Shown: positions 20,434-30,544 of the stretch, piece after piece
Layout of the letters: each line of letters starts with the position of its first letter
How positions within the stretch are numbered: position 1 is the stretch's first letter
Source: a virus
Length of the DNA: 64,000 nt
Virus record (IMG/VR): IMGVR_UViG_3300027969_000055
Coordinates: 32,001-96,000 of that record
Strand: one strand, 5' to 3'
The notes under the pieces: model-generated
Database searches by the model: none
The model's input: the letters and a program-made list of their open reading frames with translations, nothing else
Told to the model about the DNA's origin: nothing
Translations under genes and position numbers: made by a program

Positions 20434-21342
20434 TTGAAGAATCACTACGAGACCCTTGGAGTTTTAGAAACCTCGACTCATGACGATATACGAAAAGCAT
20501 ATCGAAAACTTGCAACCAAATATCATCCAGATAAGAATAGCGGAAGCTCTGAAGCAGAAGATAAATTCAAAGAAATTGCGGAAGCTTATGAAACTATCGG
20601 TAATGAAGATAAGCGTAAGGCTTATGACAATTCCAGAAAGTTTAATGGTTCAGCTAATGCTGATTTTTTTGGTAATTTTGGATCTTTTAGAGACTTTTCA
20701 TTTGGCGGAAATAGACCTCATGATTTTAGGAATTTAACAATAACTGTTGATAAGTGGGCAACTATTAAGGAATTAATGGACGGAGCCTCATTTGATATAC
20801 AATATATTGTAAATAAAACTATTTCAGGCTCGGCAAAATCTGAAAATAAACAAGTTAGGGTTAAAATTGACTTGACTAATGAAAGTTATCCGATTACATT
20901 TGATAATGGAAGATATTTAATTACGTTAAAGGTTAGAGGAGGCGGGTCAAGTCAAGAAATTGAAGAATTTGATTATTTTAGTAAAAAAAGAAATGCAGTA
21001 GTTACTGGTGATTTAATAGTTCGTATAAACATTGATATGTTAGGACTTACAATTGACCAAAGTGATATTATTCAGGACTTTGAGCTAAGTTTACACGATA
21101 TATTATTCACGGAAGAAGTTATCCTGGAGAGCCCAATGGGCAAAAAGTATCGTATTAAATCATTTAATCGGGATACCTTAAGTAATATAACAGTTAAAAT
21201 ACCGAGTCAGGGCTTACTCTCTGCATTTGGCCATAAAGGAAATTATGTGTTTAAGATCTTGGTTAAAAAGCCAAATTTTTCAAACATAAGTGAAGAAAAC
21301 TTACAAATTTTAAAAGACTTGCTGATTGACGTTAATAAATAA
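20434..21342 (+). CDS. dnaJ: DnaJ-family co-chaperone without zinc finger
   Basis: YETLGV...[15 protein letters not shown]-domain, G/F region, GDLIVRI C-terminal domain. Confidence 0.9.
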   Translation: MKNHYETLGVLETSTHDDIRKAYRKLATKYHPDKNSGSSEAEDKFKEIAEAYETIGNEDKRKAYDNSRKFNGSANADFFGNFGSFRDFSFGGNRPHDFRNLTITVDKWATIKELMDGASFDIQYIVNKTISGSAKSENKQVRVKIDLTNESYPITFDNGRYLITLKVRGGGSSQEIEEFDYFSKKRNAVVTGDLIVRINIDMLGLTIDQSDIIQDFELSLHDILFTEEVILESPMGKKYRIKSFNRDTLSNITVKIPSQGLLSAFGHKGNYVFKILVKKPNFSNISEENLQILKDLLIDVNK

Positions 21343-21381
21343 TGTTAGTACGGCCTATCTAGAGTAATAAGAATGGGCGCG

Positions 21382-21390
21382 TATAAATAA
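21382..21390 (+). promoter_or_regulatory. Late promoter TATAAATAA
   Basis: Exact T4 late consensus before head operon. Confidence 0.75.
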
Positions 21391-21409
21391 TCAAAAAAGT
21401 CTGACTAAG

Positions 21410-23398
21410 TTGACTACTACTAATATTAAAAGTTTAAACCAGCCTGCTGTCCCAGAAAATTCAGTGTTTATCATTGAACATCTAAATGAAGCGGTTACGG
21501 TAACTAGAGAAAACAATGATGTTATTCTTGAAGGTACTGCGGCAGTTTTTGGAGTAATGAACGAAAACAATCGTATTTACGAAAAACAGGAATACTTACC
21601 TCATTTAACTTACTTAAATGAGAAGATCAAACAGCGTAGACTATTTGGTGAACTTGATCATCCACAAAAATTTGACGTTTCATTAGCTAATGTATCTCAC
21701 GTAATTGAGGGACTTACTTATGATGAACCAACTAATAGTGTAAAAATTAGACTTCGTCTATTAGATACACCATGCGGTAGAATTGCAAAAACCTTGGTTG
21801 AAGCAGGTTGTACTACTTCAATTTCTTCAAGAGCTGCAGGTAATGTTGCTGAGAATGGAAAGGTTAAATTAGCAAAAATATTCACATACGATTTGGTTGC
21901 AGAACCAGGTTTTGCACAAGCAGCGCTTGGCCAAGTATCTGAAAGTTTGCAAAATAATTATTCAGCAATCTTTGAATCACTAGATTCATTAAGAACTACG
22001 GCAATCACTACCAAGTTAACAGATATTTCTGAAAACTTTGGTTTCGAGGATTCTGTGAAGATTTACAGAATAAATAATCAAGAAATACCAACTAAACAAA
22101 ATAACACACAGCAAATGGCTAATGAGTTTGTAACAAAAGAAGAGATGAATCAGTATTCTGAACTGGTTAAAAAGAAATTTTCTTCACTACAAGAGAACAT
22201 CTCTAAAAACAACAAAGGTCTTCAAAAGATCAGCGAAAACGCAACCGAAGGAGAATCTCCAGTTGTTGCTAAAATGGTAGAATACGTTAACTATTTAGCT
22301 GGTGAAATGGAGCAATTGGTTGAATATTCTAACTATCTTTCAACAATGTTGAATCAAGGTATTAATTACACTGAGCATGTTGCAGAGAAAGTTAATACAG
22401 TAATCGACTATTCTGACTACTTAGCAGAAAAAGTAGAAAAGAATATTCAATACTCTGACTATCTAGGAGAGAAAGTTAATCAAAACATTAACTATTCTGA
22501 ATATATTGCAGAAAACGTAGAAAAAACAGTTGAATACGCTAACTACATTGCAGAAAACGTAGATAAAGGAATTCAATACACTGAATACGTTGCAGAAAGT
22601 GCAGAAAAAGGAATTAAGTATTCTAACTATTTAGCTGAAAACTTAGATGCAGCTATTAAATACTCAAACTATCTTGGAGAAAATCTTCAACAAGGTATTA
22701 AATACTCAGAATACATTGCTGAGACTCTAAATGAGAAAATTACACCATCTGCTTTAACTAAAACTCGTTCTTTACTTGGAGAAGTTAAAAAATTAAACGA
22801 AGGTGTAGAATTTGAAGTTAATGAAACTTCTTCAGTTGACGATTTAGTTGGAGCAGTTGATGGAATCTTAACTCACATTAAGTCAAATTCAGCTAAAGCT
22901 GTTTTGGAAAACAAATATCCATTCTTAAAATTGTTAAACGAAGGTCGTAAACAAGCATTCTATAATTTAGATCAAACTACTAAATCGGCAATCGTTGAAA
23001 CAATGCAAGGAGCGATCTACTTTAACGAAGGTGAAGTAGTTAATATTATGGAAGCTGTTCTTAACAAACAAGTTGAAAACACTCCTAACTATATTAAACT
23101 TATGCCAGCTGCATACAAGCAATTATTTGAAAGTATGACTGAAGGAGAAAGAAATTGGATGGCTTCTCAAGCTAACAACTTCACTCTAAATACTTCGTAT
23201 CAAGTTAAGTCTTTCTGGGATTCTCGCGATTTCAGAGGAATTAATGAAAGAATTGCAACTGAGACAATTATAAATAATAATTCTATTAACGAAAACCAAG
23301 GTAAAGAAGGTTACGTATCGTTAAACCAAATAAACGAAAGTCTACGTGGTTATTCTAATAACTACATGGACGCTCTTAAAAGAAGAGCACAAAATTAA
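21410..23398 (+). CDS. Prohead protease (gp21-like) fused to scaffold/core protein
   Basis: NENNRIY, GELDHP, ISSRAAG, YDLVAEPG; helical C-terminal two-thirds; TTG start. Confidence 0.9.
   Translation: MTTTNIKSLNQPAVPENSVFIIEHLNEAVTVTRENNDVILEGTAAVFGVMNENNRIYEKQEYLPHLTYLNEKIKQRRLFGELDHPQKFDVSLANVSHVIEGLTYDEPTNSVKIRLRLLDTPCGRIAKTLVEAGCTTSISSRAAGNVAENGKVKLAKIFTYDLVAEPGFAQAALGQVSESLQNNYSAIFESLDSLRTTAITTKLTDISENFGFEDSVKIYRINNQEIPTKQNNTQQMANEFVTKEEMNQYSELVKKKFSSLQENISKNNKGLQKISENATEGESPVVAKMVEYVNYLAGEMEQLVEYSNYLSTMLNQGINYTEHVAEKVNTVIDYSDYLAEKVEKNIQYSDYLGEKVNQNINYSEYIAENVEKTVEYANYIAENVDKGIQYTEYVAESAEKGIKYSNYLAENLDAAIKYSNYLGENLQQGIKYSEYIAETLNEKITPSALTKTRSLLGEVKKLNEGVEFEVNETSSVDDLVGAVDGILTHIKSNSAKAVLENKYPFLKLLNEGRKQAFYNLDQTTKSAIVETMQGAIYFNEGEVVNIMEAVLNKQVENTPNYIKLMPAAYKQLFESMTEGERNWMASQANNFTLNTSYQVKSFWDSRDFRGINERIATETIINNNSINENQGKEGYVSLNQINESLRGYSNNYMDALKRRAQN
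22070..22077 (+). promoter_or_regulatory. Internal late promoter ahead of in-frame ATG 22115
   Basis: ATAAATAA followed by A/C-rich leader. Confidence 0.55.
22274..22735 (+). repeat. 11 degenerate 14-aa (42-bp) repeats in scaffold region
   Basis: xIxYSxYLAExVxx units from MVEYVNYLAGEMEQ to GIKYSEYIAETLNE. Confidence 0.9.
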
Positions 23399-23416
23399 AA
23401 AAACATTTTTTAAAAA

Positions 23417-25138
23417 ATGGCAACAAAAATTTTCAAAAAATTGAACGACGCTTCAATTAAGGAAACTTGGACCCCAGTTTTAGAAGGTTATGGTGCAAAC
23501 GTTACAGCTCGCCCTTGGTTAGTTGACTACGCTCACAATCATGCTATCTTCGATAACGCAGGTTCAATCAATGAAGCAAACACTGGAGTAGCTCCAGGTT
23601 TATTCTTACAACAACCTGGTTCTATCAGTGCTATGGGTGCAATTAGTTCTCCAACGAGTTCTATGACTCCATTCACAGGTGGTGCTAAAAACGGTTACGG
23701 TGCTTCTGTATCTGGTTCTGGTGATAAATTCCCAAGCCTTTTACCAGTTGCAATCCAAGTAGCTGCTAAAACTATTGGTTTCGACCTAGTTGGTGTAGTT
23801 CCTATGGATTCTCCAGTAGGTTTCCTACCTTACTTGGATTATGTATACCAAGGTGGTAACATCGACAAACAATATGAGCCTTATTTAATTAAGATCACTG
23901 GTTTGTTAGAAAATGCTGCAGGTTCTACAGTAAACGGTATTGCAAATGGTGATAAATTCCCAGTATCTAAATTGCCTTTTACTGAAGGTCTTAACTACGG
24001 TATTAACGAAAGTAATACTGACTTAGTTTTACAATTCGTTGGTAAATCACGTGTTGATGGTTCTCCAATCTTCAAAGTTATCCTATCTCATGATGGTGGT
24101 ACTCTTGCTGATTACTTTGCAGCTGACGTTGATATTCAACCAGCAAATGCAACTGACGTTTCAGGTACTGCGGTAGTAACTTTCCGTACAGCTGATAACA
24201 AAGTTGAATTAGTTTCTGCTTTAGAAAACCATATTTCTGGTTTTACTTCAGTATCTGACGCTGATTACGCTACATCTGATTTCAACGGTCCTTATATGGG
24301 ATCTACTGGAACTCAAATGGAAGGTATGGCTCGTCAAACTGCTGAAACTTCTAAATTCCGTCAAATGGGTCTTCGTATGTTCACTAAGTTCATCGAAGCA
24401 AAAGGAGATCAAGTTTCTATTTCAGCAACTGTTGAACAAATCCAAGATCTTAACCGAGTTTGGAACTTTGACGTAATCTCTATGTTAGAGAATGTAGCAG
24501 TTAACGAATTAGCTCAATCAATCAACAAAAAGTTAGTTGACCGTGTTCTTAATTTAGGATCAGTTCACGCTACTGCTGTTGAAGGTGTTGAAGGTGCAGG
24601 TATCACTACTTTGGACCTAACTGTTGGAACAACTGGATTTGAGAATATCTCAACTCTACAACGTCGTGTTGTAACTAAAATTCTTGAAATGGCTAACTTG
24701 ATTTATCATAGAGGTCGTTTCGGTGCAGGTACATACATCGTTACTAACGGTCGTGTTGCTTCTGCTTTAGCAGATGTAGCTGGTTACTCTTTCGCTCCAT
24801 TCAATAATGATCTTCCATCTACTGCTGGTCAATTGTATCCTGCAGGTAAAGTACATGGTTTAACCATCTACGTTGATCCTAACTTGAAATTCAGCGATAA
24901 CCGTATCCATATCGGTCGTAAAGGTGCTGATGAAGAGCCAGGTGTTAAATTCCTTCCATATATCATGGCAGAGAGTCTTCAAACAATTGCAGAGGGAACT
25001 TTCTCTCCGAAAATTGGTATGAAATCTCGTTATGCTATTACCGAAGCTGGATGGCACCCAGAAACTCAATACATTACGTTGGCTGTAACAGGTCTAGGAG
25101 TATTGACTGGTTCAACTCGCCCTGCTTCTTCTTACTAA
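23417..25138 (+). CDS. Major capsid protein (gp23-like)
   Basis: LVGVVPMDSPVG, EQIQDL, FLPYI, PKIGMKSRYAI; follows scaffold. Confidence 0.92.
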   Translation: MATKIFKKLNDASIKETWTPVLEGYGANVTARPWLVDYAHNHAIFDNAGSINEANTGVAPGLFLQQPGSISAMGAISSPTSSMTPFTGGAKNGYGASVSGSGDKFPSLLPVAIQVAAKTIGFDLVGVVPMDSPVGFLPYLDYVYQGGNIDKQYEPYLIKITGLLENAAGSTVNGIANGDKFPVSKLPFTEGLNYGINESNTDLVLQFVGKSRVDGSPIFKVILSHDGGTLADYFAADVDIQPANATDVSGTAVVTFRTADNKVELVSALENHISGFTSVSDADYATSDFNGPYMGSTGTQMEGMARQTAETSKFRQMGLRMFTKFIEAKGDQVSISATVEQIQDLNRVWNFDVISMLENVAVNELAQSINKKLVDRVLNLGSVHATAVEGVEGAGITTLDLTVGTTGFENISTLQRRVVTKILEMANLIYHRGRFGAGTYIVTNGRVASALADVAGYSFAPFNNDLPSTAGQLYPAGKVHGLTIYVDPNLKFSDNRIHIGRKGADEEPGVKFLPYIMAESLQTIAEGTFSPKIGMKSRYAITEAGWHPETQYITLAVTGLGVLTGSTRPASSY

Positions 25139-25165
25139 TCATAAGAATTAATAAGCTTAATACGG

Positions 25166-25200
25166 AAAAGGCTCCTCACAAGGGAGCCTTTTTCTTTTTT
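25166..25200 (+). terminator. Intrinsic terminator after capsid gene
   Basis: aaaaggctcc-tcacaag-ggagcctttt. Confidence 0.85.
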
Positions 25201-25256
25201 AAGGACGGGTCGCTAATAAATAACATTCTAAAGTACTTAAAAAATAATACAAACAA

Positions 25257-25622
25257 ATGAGCAATTCTGTTTTAAACTACTCACAATTTCTTTTAGAAAA
25301 GAAAGCAATCAACCAAGAAATGGCTGAATTACCTAAAGGTAAAGGTTCAAAATCTAACACTACTGTAAAACCAGCAATGTCTGAACTTCCTAAAGGAAAA
25401 GGAAAGGGTATTAGCAAATCAGTAAAACCTGAAATGGCTACTCTTCCTAAAGGAAAAGGTAAAATGATTGGCAAATCAGTAGATACAAAAGTTTCTAAAT
25501 TACCTACAACTAAAGGTTCTTCACCTAAAAAATCAGTAGACTCTAAAATGTCTAAATTGGTAATTAAAGGTAAAGCTATTAGTAAGAAAGTTGAGCCTAA
25601 CATGGCTAAAATGCCTAAGTAA
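25257..25622 (+). CDS. Lys-rich repeat protein, candidate DNA-binding core protein
   Basis: About six 19-aa repeats with LPKGKG; ATAAATAA at 25216-25223. Confidence 0.75.
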   Translation: MSNSVLNYSQFLLEKKAINQEMAELPKGKGSKSNTTVKPAMSELPKGKGKGISKSVKPEMATLPKGKGKMIGKSVDTKVSKLPTTKGSSPKKSVDSKMSKLVIKGKAISKKVEPNMAKMPK

Positions 25623-25641
25623 TTAAAAAACCCATTCTGAA

Positions 25642-25947
25642 ATGTCAGATCAAAACAAACATAAGGTCACGTCCTTTCAGTCGTTCGTTGTTCAAGAAAA
25701 TTCAATAAAGGATTTAGTTGGAAAAACTGATGATGAGCAATTGGACTTAGATGATGCTCGTAGTATCGGAAAGAAGATTTCAAAAATGAAAGGTGAAGAT
25801 CGTAAGAAATACGTTGGAATCGTTAATTTTATGGGAGCATCTTGTAGAATTTACAATGAGATTTGGGCTAACTATAAACCAGTTGATCCATCAACTAAAA
25901 AATCAAACCGTGGAAAAGAATTCCAAGGTGAAAAAGAAGTAGGTTAA
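25642..25947 (+). CDS. Hypothetical protein
   Basis: 101 aa; KVTSFQSFVVQE. Confidence 0.7.
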   Translation: MSDQNKHKVTSFQSFVVQENSIKDLVGKTDDEQLDLDDARSIGKKISKMKGEDRKKYVGIVNFMGASCRIYNEIWANYKPVDPSTKKSNRGKEFQGEKEVG

Positions 25948-25950
25948 TAA

Positions 25951-27090
25951 TTGAGCGCACAAGGAGTAATAGCTGAATCAACCGTAAGTTTTAAAATAAC
26001 TTGGGATAATCCAGGCAATGGTCAACAGCCAAAGTGGGATCAAAATAAACAGTCAATTGAGTTACATCAAACTGATGTTTATCCTGATCTGGAATATGTA
26101 TCAGCATTTGCAGCTCCAATCTATACTAAGTATACGTCTGGATCACTTCTAAATGACTTAATAGTTGAGATCAATAAAGTTATTGACTCTAAATTAGCAA
26201 GTAAGTCTGACAAAAAGAAAAAGGTTGATGAATTGTATCTTAATTCTGGACCTTCTGCTCCTAAACAATTAGGGGCTGGCCAAGAAGAAGATGCTGAAGA
26301 AGATGATGAATTGTATCTTAAGGCTGGACCTTCTGCTCCTAAACAATTAGGGGCTGGCCAAGAAGAAGATGCTGAAGAAGATGATAAATTATATCTTAAG
26401 GCTGGACCTTCTGCTCCTAAACAATTAGGTGCTGGCCAAGAAGAAGAGACCCAGATTAAAGCAGATGATGAGAAGCCCGCTGAGATTATTGATACTAATA
26501 AAGAAGTAGATGATGAACCTAATGTGAAGACTGATGATCAGGAGTTAGTTACTGCAACTACCACCATTGCACCAGAAAAAAGAGCGTCATCTGCGTACAC
26601 AGTTACAGTATACGGAGATAAACTAAGATTTTTAGAGGGTCAAGAAGGAAGAGGAGCTTATTCTGCTGGAATTAAGTTTCTATATAAAGTTTCAAATAAC
26701 CTGACCAAACAAGTAGCTGGAGATAAAATTGATAACCGGGAAAAGATTTGGGCAGAAGTTTCTGGATCTGGTCTATTATCAAATGTAATACGATTTGAAT
26801 TTGCCGAGTTTGATGAAATTGAATTTAAGTTTGGAGGAAATTTACTAGCTCAGGTATTTCCATCAATTGAATTAAGTTTTACGCCTGATCCAAATTCAGT
26901 GTACTCAAAAGAAAAGCCTGAACTTGATATTGCAGATGTTATTAAGGCAACTAATATTACGTTAGGCACCAAAACAACCTCTGAGATTAAGTCTCTACAG
27001 AAACAAATACAAAAAGAAATTGAATCGCGTGAACCTGTTGAAAAACAAAAGCAACCTGGTAAACAAAGCGCTTCGATTGATAATAAATAA
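25951..27090 (+). CDS. Hypothetical protein with acidic tandem repeat
   Basis: 379 aa, TTG start. Confidence 0.72.
   Translation: MSAQGVIAESTVSFKITWDNPGNGQQPKWDQNKQSIELHQTDVYPDLEYVSAFAAPIYTKYTSGSLLNDLIVEINKVIDSKLASKSDKKKKVDELYLNSGPSAPKQLGAGQEEDAEEDDELYLKAGPSAPKQLGAGQEEDAEEDDKLYLKAGPSAPKQLGAGQEEETQIKADDEKPAEIIDTNKEVDDEPNVKTDDQELVTATTTIAPEKRASSAYTVTVYGDKLRFLEGQEGRGAYSAGIKFLYKVSNNLTKQVAGDKIDNREKIWAEVSGSGLLSNVIRFEFAEFDEIEFKFGGNLLAQVFPSIELSFTPDPNSVYSKEKPELDIADVIKATNITLGTKTTSEIKSLQKQIQKEIESREPVEKQKQPGKQSASIDNK
26227..26447 (+). repeat. About 2.8 copies of a near-identical 78-bp tandem repeat
   Basis: DELYLKAGPSAPKQLGAGQEEDAEED units. Confidence 0.92.
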
Positions 27091-27109
27091 CTAAAAAATA
27101 CGAGATAAA

Positions 27110-27697
27110 ATGGCAGGTCTACCACATTTTAAAAATTCAACAGCAGGTCCAGCTAAGTATGAACCCTTGTACCTTAATCAATTTGAGGTGATTATTACTC
27201 CGCCGCCTTTGGTTGCAGGTAAAATCGGCTTTGGTAATAATTTAATGCTTGAACATGTACTTAAGGTAACAAGTTTGCCAGAATATGCAGGTTCAGGTTC
27301 AGCAGTAGTTACCCAAAACTATAAATTCTCTCAAAGAACTTTTGCTCCAGCTAAACCGGCTCAAACATATCATCAATTTACAATTGATTTTGAGGTTAAC
27401 TTAAATAACAATAATGATATGTATATCTACAATGCTTTAAGAGCATGGGCAGATTTAATATACGATCCATTGACTGGTCGTCAAGGCCTAAAGACTGATT
27501 ACGCCGATGCAAGCATTCAAGTAACTCAGTTTAATAGAGCTGGTGTAATTTATAGAGATTTTACATTTGGTCCAGTATTTATTGGTCCAAACAAAATGAC
27601 TGAAACTGTTCTTGACTATACAGCGGATAATTCAATTTATAAGTTAACTGCACAGTTCACAGCAGATGCTTACAAAGAATCAAGAATTGGTCAATAA
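27110..27697 (+). CDS. Tail tube protein (gp19-like)
   Basis: NQFEVII, LRAWADLIYDPLTG...DYAD; ATAAATAA at 27083-27090. Confidence 0.8.
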   Translation: MAGLPHFKNSTAGPAKYEPLYLNQFEVIITPPPLVAGKIGFGNNLMLEHVLKVTSLPEYAGSGSAVVTQNYKFSQRTFAPAKPAQTYHQFTIDFEVNLNNNNDMYIYNALRAWADLIYDPLTGRQGLKTDYADASIQVTQFNRAGVIYRDFTFGPVFIGPNKMTETVLDYTADNSIYKLTAQFTADAYKESRIGQ

Positions 27698-27715
27698 AAT
27701 AACAGGTATTATCAC

Positions 27716-28372
27716 ATGGACATTTTTAATGTAAAACGCAGAGACAATCCTTCAATGGATAGTTATATGGACCTAAAGAAACCTGGTTTTGGCGGTCCAA
27801 ATTCAAAGGAAGACTTTGATAAATCAAAAAGAAAATCACTTGAAGGATACCAACGAGTAGTTGACAGAAATGCCGATTTCGAAGGTGGAAATTTCAATCA
27901 TAATTATGATCCAACGTGGAAAGCAGTAACCCGTGATTTAATTTCAAGAACTGCAAAGAAAAAACCATTTAATCCAATGTACGCAAAACAAACAATTGCA
28001 ACAGTTAATGCTGTTGAAGAAGGTACTATCAAACGCTTTGAACAATTCGTTAATGAAAACGAAGGTTTTAATATGTTCGCTGAAGCCGAAGAAGAAACTC
28101 CAGAAATGGAAGAAACTCCAGAAATGGAAGAAGAATCAGAAGTAGATCAAGAACAAGTAGAAATGCTAATGGCAGATTTCGGAGACGATCTTGAAGAAAT
28201 GATTGATGAAATCGCTGAAAAAATGGAACTTGAAAAAGAAGAAGTTTGTGATATTTTATGTGCAGCTATTAAAAAGATGTGCGCTCCTGCTGAAGAAGAG
28301 GAAGAAGAAAATCAAGAAGGTGAAGAAGAATCTACTGAAGACGAAGAAGAAGAAGAAGAAACCGAAGCATAA
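27716..28372 (+). CDS. Hypothetical protein with highly acidic C-terminus
   Basis: Internal IKRFEQFVNE then Glu-rich tail. Confidence 0.75.
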   Translation: MDIFNVKRRDNPSMDSYMDLKKPGFGGPNSKEDFDKSKRKSLEGYQRVVDRNADFEGGNFNHNYDPTWKAVTRDLISRTAKKKPFNPMYAKQTIATVNAVEEGTIKRFEQFVNENEGFNMFAEAEEETPEMEETPEMEEESEVDQEQVEMLMADFGDDLEEMIDEIAEKMELEKEEVCDILCAAIKKMCAPAEEEEEENQEGEEESTEDEEEEEETEA

Positions 28373-28375
28373 TTA

Positions 28376-28729
28376 ATGAAGCTGATTAAATTATTTGAAC
28401 AATGGGTTTCTGAAGAAGAAAAGGCCGTAGATTCTCCTAAAGCTGAGGATACTACAAAACCATCTAATTCATATAATCTTAAAGTATCAACTAATCAAGT
28501 TGGTAACTTTGAAGTTGTCGGAACATCTGAGTCAGAATTAACAACTGACTCGACTAAGTCATTTAACGTAATTAGCTCTACTAATGCAAGTATTAAGAAC
28601 GGCGCAACTATTATGGTTTCTCCAAAAGCTGATACTGATGGAGAATTTGATATTGTTATTGTAAATGACAAAAGTAAACCGGAAGAATCATTAATTTATT
28701 CAGGCACAGTAGAAACTACTAAATCGTAA
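28376..28729 (+). CDS. Hypothetical protein
   Basis: MKLIKLFEQWVSE start. Confidence 0.72.
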   Translation: MKLIKLFEQWVSEEEKAVDSPKAEDTTKPSNSYNLKVSTNQVGNFEVVGTSESELTTDSTKSFNVISSTNASIKNGATIMVSPKADTDGEFDIVIVNDKSKPEESLIYSGTVETTKS

Positions 28730-28753
28730 ATTCTAAGTATACAAAATTAAATT

Positions 28754-28776
28754 AGGGGCTTTACTGCCCCTTTTTT
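28754..28776. terminator. Intrinsic terminator between convergent genes
   Basis: aggggc-ttttact-gcccct plus T tract. Confidence 0.65.
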
Positions 28777-29162
28777 ATTGTATATACTCCAGCTAATTCA
28801 CCTATTTCCAATTCAGAATCAATTAGATGTGGAACAAAGGTTATTGTTGAATAGGCTGTATTCAAGAACTTAACCGTATTATTAATATTACTTGTGCTAA
28901 GCCCTGCGTTAACGTAAATTATTCGATTATACTTTCGATTTCTAACATTAACCGCTTTGTCTATGAGTTTCTTAATCTCATAGTTAATTAAGAATGACTG
29001 TATTCTATTTGGGACTAGAATGTCCTGATCAAATTTTTCCTTAATGATTTTATTTACGTTTAGTAAATAGTCACATTTTTGTTTTTTAGTAAAAATTTGA
29101 ATGAATTGTTTTTGATCCTTTACGAAAATTATTTCGAGAGTACGATCTATTGAATCTATCAT
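28761..29162 (-). CDS. Hypothetical protein
   Basis: 133 aa, overlaps deaminase stop. Confidence 0.7.
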   Translation of the reverse strand: MIDSIDRTLEIIFVKDQKQFIQIFTKKQKCDYLLNVNKIIKEKFDQDILVPNRIQSFLINYEIKKLIDKAVNVRNRKYNRIIYVNAGLSTSNINNTVKFLNTAYSTITFVPHLIDSELEIGELAGVYTIKKGQ

Positions 29163-29620
29163 ATCGAATCATGGTCGATTTTTTTAACCTCAATTCCAGC
29201 ACGGCGTAAAAAATCTAAGCCGTGTATATCTCTATATTCTTCAAGATACACAACTCTTTTAATACCTGATTGTAGAATTAATTTGCTACAGTCGGTACAT
29301 GGAGAATATGTGATGTATAAGGTTGCGCCATCGCTACTTTGAGTAGACTTAGCGACTTTTGCTAGTGCATTGGATTCGGCATGTAAAACATACCATTTGG
29401 TTTTATATTCTTTAAACGAACCGTCTTCATTATTAATAGCCTCTTCGCATTCATTTTCAAAACCAGACGGGGTTCCATTGAATCCATCTGATATAATAGT
29501 GTTGTTCTTTACGATTAAAGCGCCAACTTTTTTTCTAGTTGCATGAGATAGCTCTGCCCAAACTTGGGCCATTTTAATGTATGCTATATCTATTTTATGT
29601 TGCTTTTGAGACATTATCAT
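29159..29620 (-). CDS. dCMP deaminase
   Basis: HAESNA and SPCTDC Zn motifs, GFNGTPSG. Confidence 0.93.
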   Translation of the reverse strand: MIMSQKQHKIDIAYIKMAQVWAELSHATRKKVGALIVKNNTIISDGFNGTPSGFENECEEAINNEDGSFKEYKTKWYVLHAESNALAKVAKSTQSSDGATLYITYSPCTDCSKLILQSGIKRVVYLEEYRDIHGLDFLRRAGIEVKKIDHDSI

Positions 29621-30501
29621 TTAGATTTAAAGGTTTTATCATATATCCATTTAAAAATATCTTCTCCATCTTGGAATAAGATAATATCATTGGAACCTGA
29701 TATAATAGAATTAAAAAGTGTTTTAAAGTCAGAAGTTTGACTGCCGTCTATTTCAATTAAATCTGATATTATTGGAGGTAGTGTTATTGAGGTGAATGGT
29801 TCAGCTATCATTCTTGAAGCAATATCATAATGCCTATCGTAGACATGATATGAGTTTGCAACATGAGTATAGGTTCCTAATTCAAGATCTGGATAAAAGC
29901 GCTTTAGATGAGATAGTATTTGCATTTGTAATGAACAGAAAAATGCAACATCAGTTGCTGTACCCCATATTGCATCATTACTTCTCATGAATACGCTCAT
30001 GTACAACTTATTTTGTCTAATATGTAAATTTGCATACATTGTACAAACAAAATCTTTATTTGAAGAATATTGGTGTTTAGGTTTATTAAAATGTAATACG
30101 GCTTGCCTGGTGTTTTGATCAGTTGCTAAGCTTTGAATTGCCCATTGATACTGGTTTATTTCATGCTCATTCTTTTCGGTAAAGATTAGATTACCATACG
30201 CTGAATTAACCGTTCCATCAATGTTTTGAATTTCTTCCCAGAACTTTGCCCATTTTGAAATAAAAGCTGCATCATTACGACCTGAATAATACCATAAGAA
30301 CTCGGCAGCAATGTACTTCTGCTGAGAACTTCTAACTGAATTTTCATAAAGGCACTGGGTTGGATCTTCAATAACTAACGCAACATCTAATAATTCTTTA
30401 CTAGTGGTACCTCGTGCATTATTAATCAGCCCATCAGTTAATAAAAACTTAATAGAGTCACGATATGCATCAGCAAATGTTAAACCTTTAAATACTATCA
30501 T
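29617..30501 (-). CDS. Thymidylate-synthase-fold enzyme, likely dCMP hydroxymethylase-type
   Basis: TRQAV, DFVCT catalytic Cys, MRSNDAIWGTATD, SYHVY. Confidence 0.8.
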   Translation of the reverse strand: MIVFKGLTFADAYRDSIKFLLTDGLINNARGTTSKELLDVALVIEDPTQCLYENSVRSSQQKYIAAEFLWYYSGRNDAAFISKWAKFWEEIQNIDGTVNSAYGNLIFTEKNEHEINQYQWAIQSLATDQNTRQAVLHFNKPKHQYSSNKDFVCTMYANLHIRQNKLYMSVFMRSNDAIWGTATDVAFFCSLQMQILSHLKRFYPDLELGTYTHVANSYHVYDRHYDIASRMIAEPFTSITLPPIISDLIEIDGSQTSDFKTLFNSIISGSNDIILFQDGEDIFKWIYDKTFKSK

Positions 30502-30544
30502 ATTTTTTGTTAATTTTAATCAAACTTACAGTTAGATCTTATCT

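Noticed and set aside
22274-26447. Repeats as CRISPR arrays
   Set aside because: They are in-frame tandem coding repeats without unique spacers, and no cas genes are present
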